A stretch of DNA of 64,000 nucleotides, from NCBI GenBank assembly GCA_905235835.1, contig CAJONQ010000028.1:10197-74196 (forward strand). Direction: 5' to 3'. Positions 36,661-44,942 of the stretch are shown here, in pieces. Each line of letters starts with the position of its first letter. Position 1 is the stretch's first letter. The stretch comes from an uncultured Prevotella sp. GTDB taxonomy: Bacteria; Bacteroidota; Bacteroidia; Bacteroidales; Bacteroidaceae. Both the position numbers and the translations under genes were made by a program. The notes under the pieces are model-generated. The model worked only from the letters and a program-made list of their open reading frames with translations, was not told where the DNA came from and did not search any database.

Positions 36661-37926
36661 ATGAGACATTTGATTATTATGAAGATTTTTAGGTTAGTAG
36701 TTGTATTGTTTTCAGTGATTACAGCTGAAGTAGTGTTGGCTCAATCCGCGCTGGGAAGCGCGGATGGGCAATGCTACCTCAAATTATCTGGGAACACGTT
36801 GAAAGACGCTTATCGTGACTATTGGTATACTGGAGTCAGTGTTAATCAATGGGAAGTGGAAGCTGATAAGAACGGAGGTAACGCCTTTGATGTAACTGGG
36901 TTTGTCAGCAATGACCAGACAGCCGATTGGCAAGTGATAGTGAAGAACTTTAACTGGGTGGTTGCTGAGAACTGCATGAAGTGTGAGGTGATCCATCCGA
37001 AAGAGGGTGTTTATGATTTTACACTTGCTGATAAGTTTGTTGATAAAGCGAAAGCCGCAGGACTGAAAGTATTGGGACATTGTCTGATTTGGCATTCTCA
37101 GTGTGCCCCCTGGTTTCATTACGATGAAATGGGCAATTTAGTATCTCCTGAGGTCTTGAGGAAGCGCATTCGTGAACATATATATACGATTGTCAATCAC
37201 TTCAAAGGGCGCATCGATGCTTGGGATGTCGTTAACGAGGCATTTGAGGATGACGGTACCCCACGTAACAGTCTTTTCTATCAGATTCTTGGAACGGACT
37301 ATATCCCTCTTGCTTTCCGATATGCGCATGAGGCAGACCCCAATGCCGAGCTCTATTATCAAGATTTCTCCATGAACAAAGCGAAGAAGGTTGAGGGTGT
37401 TGTCAACTTCTTCCGTCCTCTTATCAAGCAGGGCTTGCCAGTCAGTGCTATTGGTATGCAGGGACACATGGTGTTGGAAGACAATAACTATATCGAGGAA
37501 TACGAGCATTCCATCAATACGATAGCCTCCTTGGGTATACCTACAGCCTTTACCGAACTCGACCTGACAGTATTACCTAATCCTTATGGATTCTCTGGTG
37601 CTAATGTGAGCGACCGTTTTGCTTATCGTCCAGAGATGGATCCCTATAAGAATGGGCTTAGTAAGGAGCATGAGGCAGAGATAGAGAAATTCTGGATCAG
37701 TTTCTATCAGATGTTGCTGCGCCATCATAAGGACATCCAGCGTGTCAACTTCTGGTGCTTGAATGATGCCATTTCATGGCGTAATGACTTCCCTATCAAA
37801 GGGCGTACCGACTATGCGACGTTGTTTGACCGTCAGAATCAGCCCAAGCCTTTTGTGCAGGCTTTGATCAATTTGGTGAAGCCCCAGACAACAGAAACGA
37901 AGAAAGTGAAGAAGAACATAAAATAG
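36661..37926 (+). CDS. GH10 endo-1,4-beta-xylanase
   Basis: 421 aa. Signal peptide, acid/base WDVVNEAF and nucleophile FTELDL. Confidence 0.9.
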   Translation: MRHLIIMKIFRLVVVLFSVITAEVVLAQSALGSADGQCYLKLSGNTLKDAYRDYWYTGVSVNQWEVEADKNGGNAFDVTGFVSNDQTADWQVIVKNFNWVVAENCMKCEVIHPKEGVYDFTLADKFVDKAKAAGLKVLGHCLIWHSQCAPWFHYDEMGNLVSPEVLRKRIREHIYTIVNHFKGRIDAWDVVNEAFEDDGTPRNSLFYQILGTDYIPLAFRYAHEADPNAELYYQDFSMNKAKKVEGVVNFFRPLIKQGLPVSAIGMQGHMVLEDNNYIEEYEHSINTIASLGIPTAFTELDLTVLPNPYGFSGANVSDRFAYRPEMDPYKNGLSKEHEAEIEKFWISFYQMLLRHHKDIQRVNFWCLNDAISWRNDFPIKGRTDYATLFDRQNQPKPFVQALINLVKPQTTETKKVKKNIK

Positions 37927-37950
37927 TTATTAATTAAACAACTACTGACT

Positions 37951-38958
37951 ATGGCAAAATTACCTCGTTATTTATTCCCGAGTGATTACATGGCTGACCC
38001 TTCAGCCAATGTGTTTAATGGTAAATTGTATATTTACCCTTCCCACGATCGTGAGGCAGGACATGCCTTCGATGATGATGGTGGTCACTTCCAGATGAAA
38101 GACTACCATGTGCTCTCTTTTAATGATGTGGAGAACGATGAGGCTACAGACCATGGCGTGATCCTCGATGTGGAGGATGTCGCATGGGCAGAGAAGCAAA
38201 TGTGGGACAATGATGTTGTGGAGAAAGATGGTAAATACTATCTTATCTTCTCCGCCAAGGACTATAATGGTGTGTTCCATCTGGGTGTTGCTGTCGCCGA
38301 CAAGCCAGAAGGTCCTTTCGTTCCACAGGAGCGTCCTATCCGTGGCTCTTTCTCTATCGACCCATGTGTGTTCAAAGATGACGACGGAGAGATATACTGT
38401 TATTTTGGGGGACTCTGGGGTGGACAGCTTCAGTGGTATCAGGCACCTGCTAAGTTGCAAAAGGAAGGTGTTGACCTTGGTCCTGCCGCTGATAAGAAGA
38501 CACAGCTCTATGCGCCAGCTGACGTACCAGCGCTCTCAAGCTTTGTGGTTCGCATGAGTGATGATGTCATGCAGTTTGCCGAGGCTCCACGCTCTGTAGT
38601 GATTCTCGACAAGAACGGAGAACCTTTGAAGGCTGGTGACCCACACCGTTTCTTCGAGGCTTCATGGATGCATAAATATAATGGAAAGTACTATTTCTCT
38701 TATTCTACAGGTGATAGCCATTTCCTCTGCTATGCTATGGGCGACACACCTTACGGTCCTTTTACCTATCAAGGTGTTATCCTCGACCCGGTAGTAGGTT
38801 GGACAACCCATCACAGTATTGTAGAATACAAGGGACAGTGGTATTTGTTCTATCACGACTGTGTTCCTTCTAACGATGTTACTCATCTGCGTAGCTTGAA
38901 GGTGCAGTGTTTGTTCTATAACGAGGATGGAACAATTAAGAAGGTGATGAATGAATAA
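37951..38958 (+). CDS. GH43 family glycoside hydrolase (beta-xylosidase/alpha-L-arabinofuranosidase)
   Basis: 335 aa. N-terminal YMADPSANVFNGKLYIY and the five-bladed propeller repeat pattern. Confidence 0.85.
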   Translation: MAKLPRYLFPSDYMADPSANVFNGKLYIYPSHDREAGHAFDDDGGHFQMKDYHVLSFNDVENDEATDHGVILDVEDVAWAEKQMWDNDVVEKDGKYYLIFSAKDYNGVFHLGVAVADKPEGPFVPQERPIRGSFSIDPCVFKDDDGEIYCYFGGLWGGQLQWYQAPAKLQKEGVDLGPAADKKTQLYAPADVPALSSFVVRMSDDVMQFAEAPRSVVILDKNGEPLKAGDPHRFFEASWMHKYNGKYYFSYSTGDSHFLCYAMGDTPYGPFTYQGVILDPVVGWTTHHSIVEYKGQWYLFYHDCVPSNDVTHLRSLKVQCLFYNEDGTIKKVMNE

Positions 38959-39448
38959 TCAAGAGATATTTGCTAACTATTATCAGCGTTATCGTGAGGA
39001 AATCGTCGATTTTATCATGATACGCGTTCAGGACAGAGAAGAGGCTCAGGACATGGTCCAGAACCTCTTCCTGCGCCTGCTGACTCGTCAGCAATTAGTA
39101 GCAGAGCAATCATTGCCCAGTCTGATTTATACCATGGCAAGACATATGGTGGCAGATTATTATCGTCGTCGGCATGTTTATGAGGAATATGAGCATTATA
39201 TTCGGCATGACAACGACAGTGATGACTCGATGGAATCGGTATTTTCTGCTCGTCAGATCATGGAAAGGATGGAATTCTCATTAGCCCGTTTGCCAGAGGG
39301 ATGCCGAAAGGTTTATAGGCTTCATATCTATGATGGTATGAAGGTTAGTGAGATATCACAAGCATTGGGAGAAGATTACAAGCGTGTCGAGAATCAATTA
39401 GGACATGCCCGTAAGGTTGTTCGCCAGCATTTAAGGGCATGTGTTTAA
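38951..39448 (+). CDS. ECF-type RNA polymerase sigma factor, overlapping the GH43 stop by 8 nt
   Basis: 165 aa. Region 2 (EAQDMVQNLFLRLL) and region 4 (MKVSEISQALGEDYKRVENQLGHARK). No anti-sigma gene is adjacent. Confidence 0.8.
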   Translation: MNNQEIFANYYQRYREEIVDFIMIRVQDREEAQDMVQNLFLRLLTRQQLVAEQSLPSLIYTMARHMVADYYRRRHVYEEYEHYIRHDNDSDDSMESVFSARQIMERMEFSLARLPEGCRKVYRLHIYDGMKVSEISQALGEDYKRVENQLGHARKVVRQHLRACV

Positions 39449-39466
39449 TGGGTTAACACCTATATC

Positions 39467-42400
39467 TTATTTTGTATATCTTTCTATCAATTCTTTGAAA
39501 AGAGGATTGAGAGAGAGTATTTGGGTATTGCCAGTCATCAGTAACTGCTTACGGGCACGGGTGATAGCAACATTCAGTTTGCGGTCGATGACCTCACCGT
39601 TCGACTCGAAGCAGTTAGCGGTGAGGAAATCGAGTTGATAGGGGTGTTGGATGGTGAAGCCATAGATGATGACATCACGCTGACTACCCTGGTAGCGTTC
39701 TACAGTATCGATGGAGATATCCATCAAGGCAGGGATATTCAATTGTTCTATCTCCCGGCGGATCATCGCTATCTGGTTGCGATAGGGTACGATGACACCC
39801 ACCGTCCGTGCTGCGTCAAAGCGGTCAGCACCATACTGGCGATAGATGCGGTGAAGGAGGTCAGCAATGATGTGCGCCTCAGTGGGATTGACCTTGTCGG
39901 AGGGGGAGATGGGACTAGGGGAGCTAGTAGAACTAGATATACTGGGAAAACTAGTATCACTGGGGAAAAAGATGACGCGATGCTGTTTCAGCAGTTCGTC
40001 GACCTGGTCTTTCGAGGGCTGTTGGTAGTCCAGTTGCTCTTCCTCTTGGTGTGGTAAAGGCACCGGTTGCAGGTGCTCCTCGGCATAGAACATCTCGTTG
40101 GGGAAGGCAGCAATGTCTGGGTGCATACGTCCTTGCCGCTGAAGGATAGCCGTAAAGGCAGTACGTTTTGCCTCTCGCTCGATACGCAGCAGCCGTTCAA
40201 AGAGTGACAGTCGGCATGCCGAGAGGGCAGGGATGTCATCTGGCTGTTGCACCACGGCAGGCAGTTGCTTATGGTCGCCGATGAGGATGAAGCGGTCGAC
40301 CTGTGGGGAGGCGAGCAGTCCTATCACGTTCGGCTCTAAGATTTGGGATGCCTCATCGACGATACAAAGTGAGAAATGTTTCAGTTGGAAGAGATAAGGT
40401 CGTGACTGCATCGTGGATGTCGTGCTGACGATGACCTTGGTGTTGATGATGTATTGTCGGAAGTCGTCCATCCGAGGATATTGGTTGACGACATGACACA
40501 ACAGATTACTCGCAAAACGAGGGTCGCAAGAGGTGTCACTACCTAAGCGGAGATAGTCAATACCAGCATCCTCCAGCATCCCGCATATCTCATCCACCGC
40601 CCGGTTGGTGTAGGAGAGTAATAAAATTGACAACGGAGAATTGGCAGTTGAGAGAAGCTCCTCTTCCACCAAGAAACGGAGAGCCATGGAGGTCTTGCCC
40701 GTTCCTGGAGGGCCTTGCAGGAGGAAATAGTCACGAGCCTGTTTTGCCTTGAGCAGGATATCATCATAATGGGGATGATAGGAGCGTGACAGTTGAAGTG
40801 TCTCATCACATCGTGGTTCCCTTTCCCCTAACAGCAGGTCACGACGCTCAGGCTCAGCTGCACAGAGCGCATGGAGCGAGCGGATAGCAGCGGTCGTCCC
40901 CATATCCGAGAAGGTAGGTTCGATGGCATATGTCGTATCCTCGAAAACCTCCGGGTTCTGTTGTCCGTCATTCAGGCGCACCACCACCTCATGGTCTGTC
41001 AGTCGCTCTATCACACCTTTATATAATATAGCATGACAGATGGAAGGCTCGTCATCGTAGGCATAGAGACACGCCATATCGTTACGACGGAAATTAGGTA
41101 GGAAATCATCGCCCATGTCGGGTATTGATAGCGTTAGGCGGTCGTAACCGCTATAGGCTGCCGACTGCTCCTTATGTAATATACGAAGCCCATAGAAGAT
41201 GCAGCCAGTGTCACGCTTTTCTGTCAACGGCATGTTCCATAGGTTCGCCACAGCACCCCCTTGTCCTTCCTGTGTTCCCACCTTTTGGGCAAGTTGTTCA
41301 CGGTAGACGAAGGTCATCATGCGCTCGATATAGTTTTGTGTAGTCTCTGAGAGTCCTTTCAACGAGTCAAGACTCAACTGGGGCAGTATCTGGTTGAATC
41401 CCTTCTTTGCCACCTGTATCTCTTGTGCCACAATCTGGTTGCGCAGACGGATCGCCTCATGGAACAACTGCTGATAGTAGTTGACCACCAACAAACCGTG
41501 CTTGGCAGGATAGCGGGAATAGAGCAGTCGGATGTCCACCTTATCGGTAGAGAGCTGGAAGTTATAACGCAGGATACCGTAGTACAGCAGCAACTGCACA
41601 TAATGGGATTCCGCATAGAGATGCGACGCTTGGGTAGAGAGTCCTGCCGAATGCTCCAGGTTCCAGTTCTTACCCGACTTCTGCTCCACCAGCAGGTGCT
41701 TGTCACTCGTCATCAGGTCGACACGTCCCTGCAGTCCTAAATGCTCACAGACAAAGGATGGCTCTAAAAGAGGTAAGAAGTGAGATGTATGAGGTAAGAG
41801 TTGTGACACTGCCTCCTTGATATTCTCCACTTGTCGAAGGGCATCTTCCTTGAACTGCCGGGGATTGAACTCCGCACAGGTGCAGAATTGGAGTGCCTGC
41901 TCACGGAAGGAGTTACGGATAGTGTCATGCGGATGATAATCCGTCTGGTTGATGATATCATCCAAGGCTGCCCCTGCGAAGTTACCCAAAAGAATAGGCT
42001 GCGTGTTTGCCGATGCTTGCAGGCGACGTAGTGTATAGGTAATCGGATAATGTCCATGATTCACAAAGCAGGCCGCCAACGAGGAGATGTCTATCAGAAA
42101 GTCGGGCTCCACCACGATGAGTTTAGGCAGGATGGTCTGTCCTTCCCGATAGCAGTCAAGCAGATTCAGTTGCATCCCCTCAGTCAATAGTGGGCGTAGT
42201 GTCTCATCGTCTGTCTGGATACATACACTGCCGTCGTCAGTTGTCGCATAGATATATTTCTCGTCCCAATACGACACCACACAGCGGACATACCGCTGGT
42301 TGATATGCAAAGCGAGATTGGTGGGACGCCCCGTTGTGGGGATACGTGTCACCAGGTCATGGGGAATATCCTCGTTGAAGACAGCAGAGATAAAGAGGGC

Positions 42401-42685
42401 GAGGGCACGAATGTCGTAACGAAGATCCTGACGGGTTAGCACCCCGTCTTTCCTGTTGGAATGTCGACGCATTGTCTGGATGGCGATACGGTCGGCAATG
42501 CCGATACCCGCCTGTTTGCACAGATAATCCGTCTGTGCCATTAAGTTACCGAACCCCTGACCGCTACCTTTCAGTGCCTCCGCACAAGCCAATACCAGTG
42601 TCTCATGCATATAGCGCAACACAGTCACAGACGGCTCTGCCTGTACGATCTCCACACAACGCTCAAAGAGTTCCGAAACTTTCAT
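39467..42685 (-). CDS. Dna2/Nhi-like fusion of a RecB-family PD-(D/E)xK nuclease and an SF1B (Upf1/DNA2-like) helicase
   Basis: ORF 39467..42820(-). Start set at MKVSELFE. Nuclease motifs GRVDL, VEQKSGK and QLLLY. Helicase motifs GPPGTGKT, IVDEASQ, GDHKQLP, RMHPDI, YQGSQRD and VAITRARK. Confidence 0.85.
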   Translation of the reverse strand: MKVSELFERCVEIVQAEPSVTVLRYMHETLVLACAEALKGSGQGFGNLMAQTDYLCKQAGIGIADRIAIQTMRRHSNRKDGVLTRQDLRYDIRALALFISAVFNEDIPHDLVTRIPTTGRPTNLALHINQRYVRCVVSYWDEKYIYATTDDGSVCIQTDDETLRPLLTEGMQLNLLDCYREGQTILPKLIVVEPDFLIDISSLAACFVNHGHYPITYTLRRLQASANTQPILLGNFAGAALDDIINQTDYHPHDTIRNSFREQALQFCTCAEFNPRQFKEDALRQVENIKEAVSQLLPHTSHFLPLLEPSFVCEHLGLQGRVDLMTSDKHLLVEQKSGKNWNLEHSAGLSTQASHLYAESHYVQLLLYYGILRYNFQLSTDKVDIRLLYSRYPAKHGLLVVNYYQQLFHEAIRLRNQIVAQEIQVAKKGFNQILPQLSLDSLKGLSETTQNYIERMMTFVYREQLAQKVGTQEGQGGAVANLWNMPLTEKRDTGCIFYGLRILHKEQSAAYSGYDRLTLSIPDMGDDFLPNFRRNDMACLYAYDDEPSICHAILYKGVIERLTDHEVVVRLNDGQQNPEVFEDTTYAIEPTFSDMGTTAAIRSLHALCAAEPERRDLLLGEREPRCDETLQLSRSYHPHYDDILLKAKQARDYFLLQGPPGTGKTSMALRFLVEEELLSTANSPLSILLLSYTNRAVDEICGMLEDAGIDYLRLGSDTSCDPRFASNLLCHVVNQYPRMDDFRQYIINTKVIVSTTSTMQSRPYLFQLKHFSLCIVDEASQILEPNVIGLLASPQVDRFILIGDHKQLPAVVQQPDDIPALSACRLSLFERLLRIEREAKRTAFTAILQRQGRMHPDIAAFPNEMFYAEEHLQPVPLPHQEEEQLDYQQPSKDQVDELLKQHRVIFFPSDTSFPSISSSTSSPSPISPSDKVNPTEAHIIADLLHRIYRQYGADRFDAARTVGVIVPYRNQIAMIRREIEQLNIPALMDISIDTVERYQGSQRDVIIYGFTIQHPYQLDFLTANCFESNGEVIDRKLNVAITRARKQLLMTGNTQILSLNPLFKELIERYTK

Positions 42686-42690
42686 GACGA

Positions 42691-42698
42691 CAAAGGTA
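42691..42698 (-). promoter_or_regulatory. -7 box TACCTTTG 5 nt from the helicase ATG
   Basis: Reverse complement of caaaggta. Confidence 0.5.
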
Positions 42699-42740
42699 GA
42701 CAAAATACTTGATAATCTTTGCGAATATCGGGATTTTTTG

Positions 42741-42748
42741 TACCTTTG
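42741..42748 (+). promoter_or_regulatory. -7 box TACCTTTG for the small lipoprotein gene
   Basis: 43 nt upstream of ATG 42792. Confidence 0.55.
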
Positions 42749-42791
42749 ACCTCTGAATGATGATATATAATCGTTATTTTTACAAAAGACA

Positions 42792-43040
42792 ATGAATACA
42801 AGAAGCATCCTATTAGCCATCTGCTTGATGTCCTGCCTGATGGCTTGCCGTCAGCAAACGCCCAAGGCTTACGTTACTGAACTCGACAGTAACGACAGCC
42901 TCTCTATTGTCATGGGCGACTCCAAGATGATAGACTACCATAGTGAGCGACTCGGCATCACCGTCATCCTCCGTTACGACCCCAGGCATGCTGAGGCTGT
43001 CGAGCCTCTCAAGGAACTGGTACGCGACTACCATTTGTGA
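42792..43040 (+). CDS. hypothetical lipoprotein
   Basis: 82 aa. Lipobox LMSCLMAC. Confidence 0.55.
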   Translation: MNTRSILLAICLMSCLMACRQQTPKAYVTELDSNDSLSIVMGDSKMIDYHSERLGITVILRYDPRHAEAVEPLKELVRDYHL

Positions 43041-43130
43041 TTTGTTTTTATGAAGGTACCGCCTTCATGGGTCGAAAGTACTCACGTTCGGAAATCTTCA
43101 AATATATTTGGAATTTCACCCAATTTGCAC

Positions 43131-43138
43131 TATCTTTG
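43131..43138 (+). promoter_or_regulatory. -7 box TATCTTTG for the aldo/keto reductase gene
   Basis: 27 nt upstream of ATG 43166. Confidence 0.6.
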
Positions 43139-43165
43139 CACCCAGAAACCAAAAACTATAAGATT

Positions 43166-44125
43166 ATGGAGAGATATTTAGCAGACGCAAGTCGTTATGA
43201 GAACGGGATGCAATATGAGCGTTGCGGACGCTCTGGTGTGTTATTACCAAAGGTGTCATTAGGTATGTGGCATAACTTCGGGAGTGTGGACCCCTATGAG
43301 CGCAGTCGTGCCATCCTGCGTTACGCTTTCGACCATGGCGTGACCCATATCGACCTCGCCAATAACTACGGTCCTGCTCCAGGCTCCGCAGAGGAATGTT
43401 TCGGACATGTGATGGACGATGATTTCCGCCCCTATCGTGACGAGCTCTTTATCTCCACCAAGGCAGGCTATGGGATGTGGGAAGGTCCTTATGGAGACTG
43501 GGGCTCCCGTAAATACTTGATATCCTCGTTGGACCAGAGTCTGAAGCGTATGCACTTAGACTATGTAGACCTGTTCTATAGTCATCGCTACGACCCTAAT
43601 ACACCCTTGGAGGAGACCCTGCAGGCGTTGGTAGATATCGTACGAGCCGGCAAGGCACTCTATGTGGGTATCTCCAACTGGCCTTTGGAGCCCCTTCGCT
43701 TTGGAATAGAGTATCTGAAGCAGCATGACACACCTCTGCTGATTTACCAAGGCAAGCTGAATATGCTGGATCGGGCACCTATCGACGAGGGTATCCTGCA
43801 GCTCTGTCATGAGTCAGGCGTGGGCTTCATCGCCTTCTCACCCCTCGCTCAAGGGATGCTGACAGACCGTTACCTGAACGGTATCCCACAAGACTCCCGT
43901 ATGGCAAAGGGTGTGTTCCTCAGAGAGGAGATGCTGACACCGGAACTGTTACAACAGCTCCGCCAATGGAACGAGGAGGCACAAAAGAAAGGCGAGAGCC
44001 TCGCAGAGATGGCACTCGCCTGGATATTAAAACAGCAAGGGGTGATTTCCGTCCTCGTGGGAGCCAGTTCTACGGAGCAGCTGGCTCGTAACCTACGATG
44101 TGTCAACGCACAGGCTCCCGATTAG
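43166..44125 (+). CDS. aldo/keto reductase (YghZ/L-glyceraldehyde-3-phosphate reductase-like)
   Basis: ORF 43037..44125. Start set at MERYLAD. GMWHNFG, DLANNYG and STKAGY motifs. Confidence 0.85.
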   Translation: MERYLADASRYENGMQYERCGRSGVLLPKVSLGMWHNFGSVDPYERSRAILRYAFDHGVTHIDLANNYGPAPGSAEECFGHVMDDDFRPYRDELFISTKAGYGMWEGPYGDWGSRKYLISSLDQSLKRMHLDYVDLFYSHRYDPNTPLEETLQALVDIVRAGKALYVGISNWPLEPLRFGIEYLKQHDTPLLIYQGKLNMLDRAPIDEGILQLCHESGVGFIAFSPLAQGMLTDRYLNGIPQDSRMAKGVFLREEMLTPELLQQLRQWNEEAQKKGESLAEMALAWILKQQGVISVLVGASSTEQLARNLRCVNAQAPD

Positions 44126-44126
44126 T

Positions 44127-44936
44127 CTACTCCACCTTCGATGTCATTTCATTACGCAAGCCCTTGAAGCCTGTGAGATAACACTTTGCCGATCCGAAAG
44201 AGAGGAAGAGGTCAAGGCGTACGGGCAGGTGGTTAGCATCATCTGTGACGAAGAAGCGAATCAACTCATGGTTCTTACCATCCTCACGCTCGATAAAGGA
44301 GAAGGTGAGACAACGGTATTTGGTAGAGCTGTTCTTCATCTTCAAGGTCGTCTTACCCGTGTATTTCAACCAGGAGTTCGACAGATGGCGAGCATCACTG
44401 ATAGGCATGGAGATATTCTCACCCACCTTCAGTTTAGAGGCGTCGAAATTACGGGCACGCAGGAAGATACTCATCATATCGTAGATGCAGTCCTTATACT
44501 CCGCATCCTTCCAATGTACCTCCCCGTCATGGTCGATACGATGCATCCGCAGGTGGCAGTTGTCGTTAGGGTAGGTATACCATAACTCATCCACGTAGTA
44601 TCTCTTACCCTCACGGGCACCCTTGCGGAAATAGAGGGGTGACAGATCTAAGTTGGTGTAACATAATAACGTGTCACGCATCACGAAATAGTTATCGAGT
44701 TTGCTGTTACCACGAGTTATCAGACTGCTGCGATAAGTAGGTTTGCCATTGCGTGTCGACTGGACAGTAGACATGGAGGCAGTGCCCACCTTTATCCATA
44801 CGAATTTCCAATTGAAATAGAGGTCATAAGACAGAAATTCTCCTGACTTAAATGCCGTGTTCTCGATGCCACACTGTGCATGAGCAGCCATCATACCGCA
44901 TGATGCGATGATGATTAATAACAGTCGTTTCATCAT
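44127..44936 (-). CDS. secreted hypothetical protein (DUF3108-like by recollection)
   Basis: 269 aa. Signal peptide MMKRLLLIIIASCGMMAAHAQ and a beta-rich sequence. Confidence 0.4.
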   Translation of the reverse strand: MMKRLLLIIIASCGMMAAHAQCGIENTAFKSGEFLSYDLYFNWKFVWIKVGTASMSTVQSTRNGKPTYRSSLITRGNSKLDNYFVMRDTLLCYTNLDLSPLYFRKGAREGKRYYVDELWYTYPNDNCHLRMHRIDHDGEVHWKDAEYKDCIYDMMSIFLRARNFDASKLKVGENISMPISDARHLSNSWLKYTGKTTLKMKNSSTKYRCLTFSFIEREDGKNHELIRFFVTDDANHLPVRLDLFLSFGSAKCYLTGFKGLRNEMTSKVE

Positions 44937-44942
44937 TCTTTC

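Noticed and set aside
40627-40643. 17-nt identity ttgacaacggagaattg shared between the helicase CDS and the cobB/rSAM intergenic region (49195-49211)
   Set aside because: About 0.2 such 17-mer matches are expected by chance in a 64-kb window counting both strands. There is no extended similarity around it.
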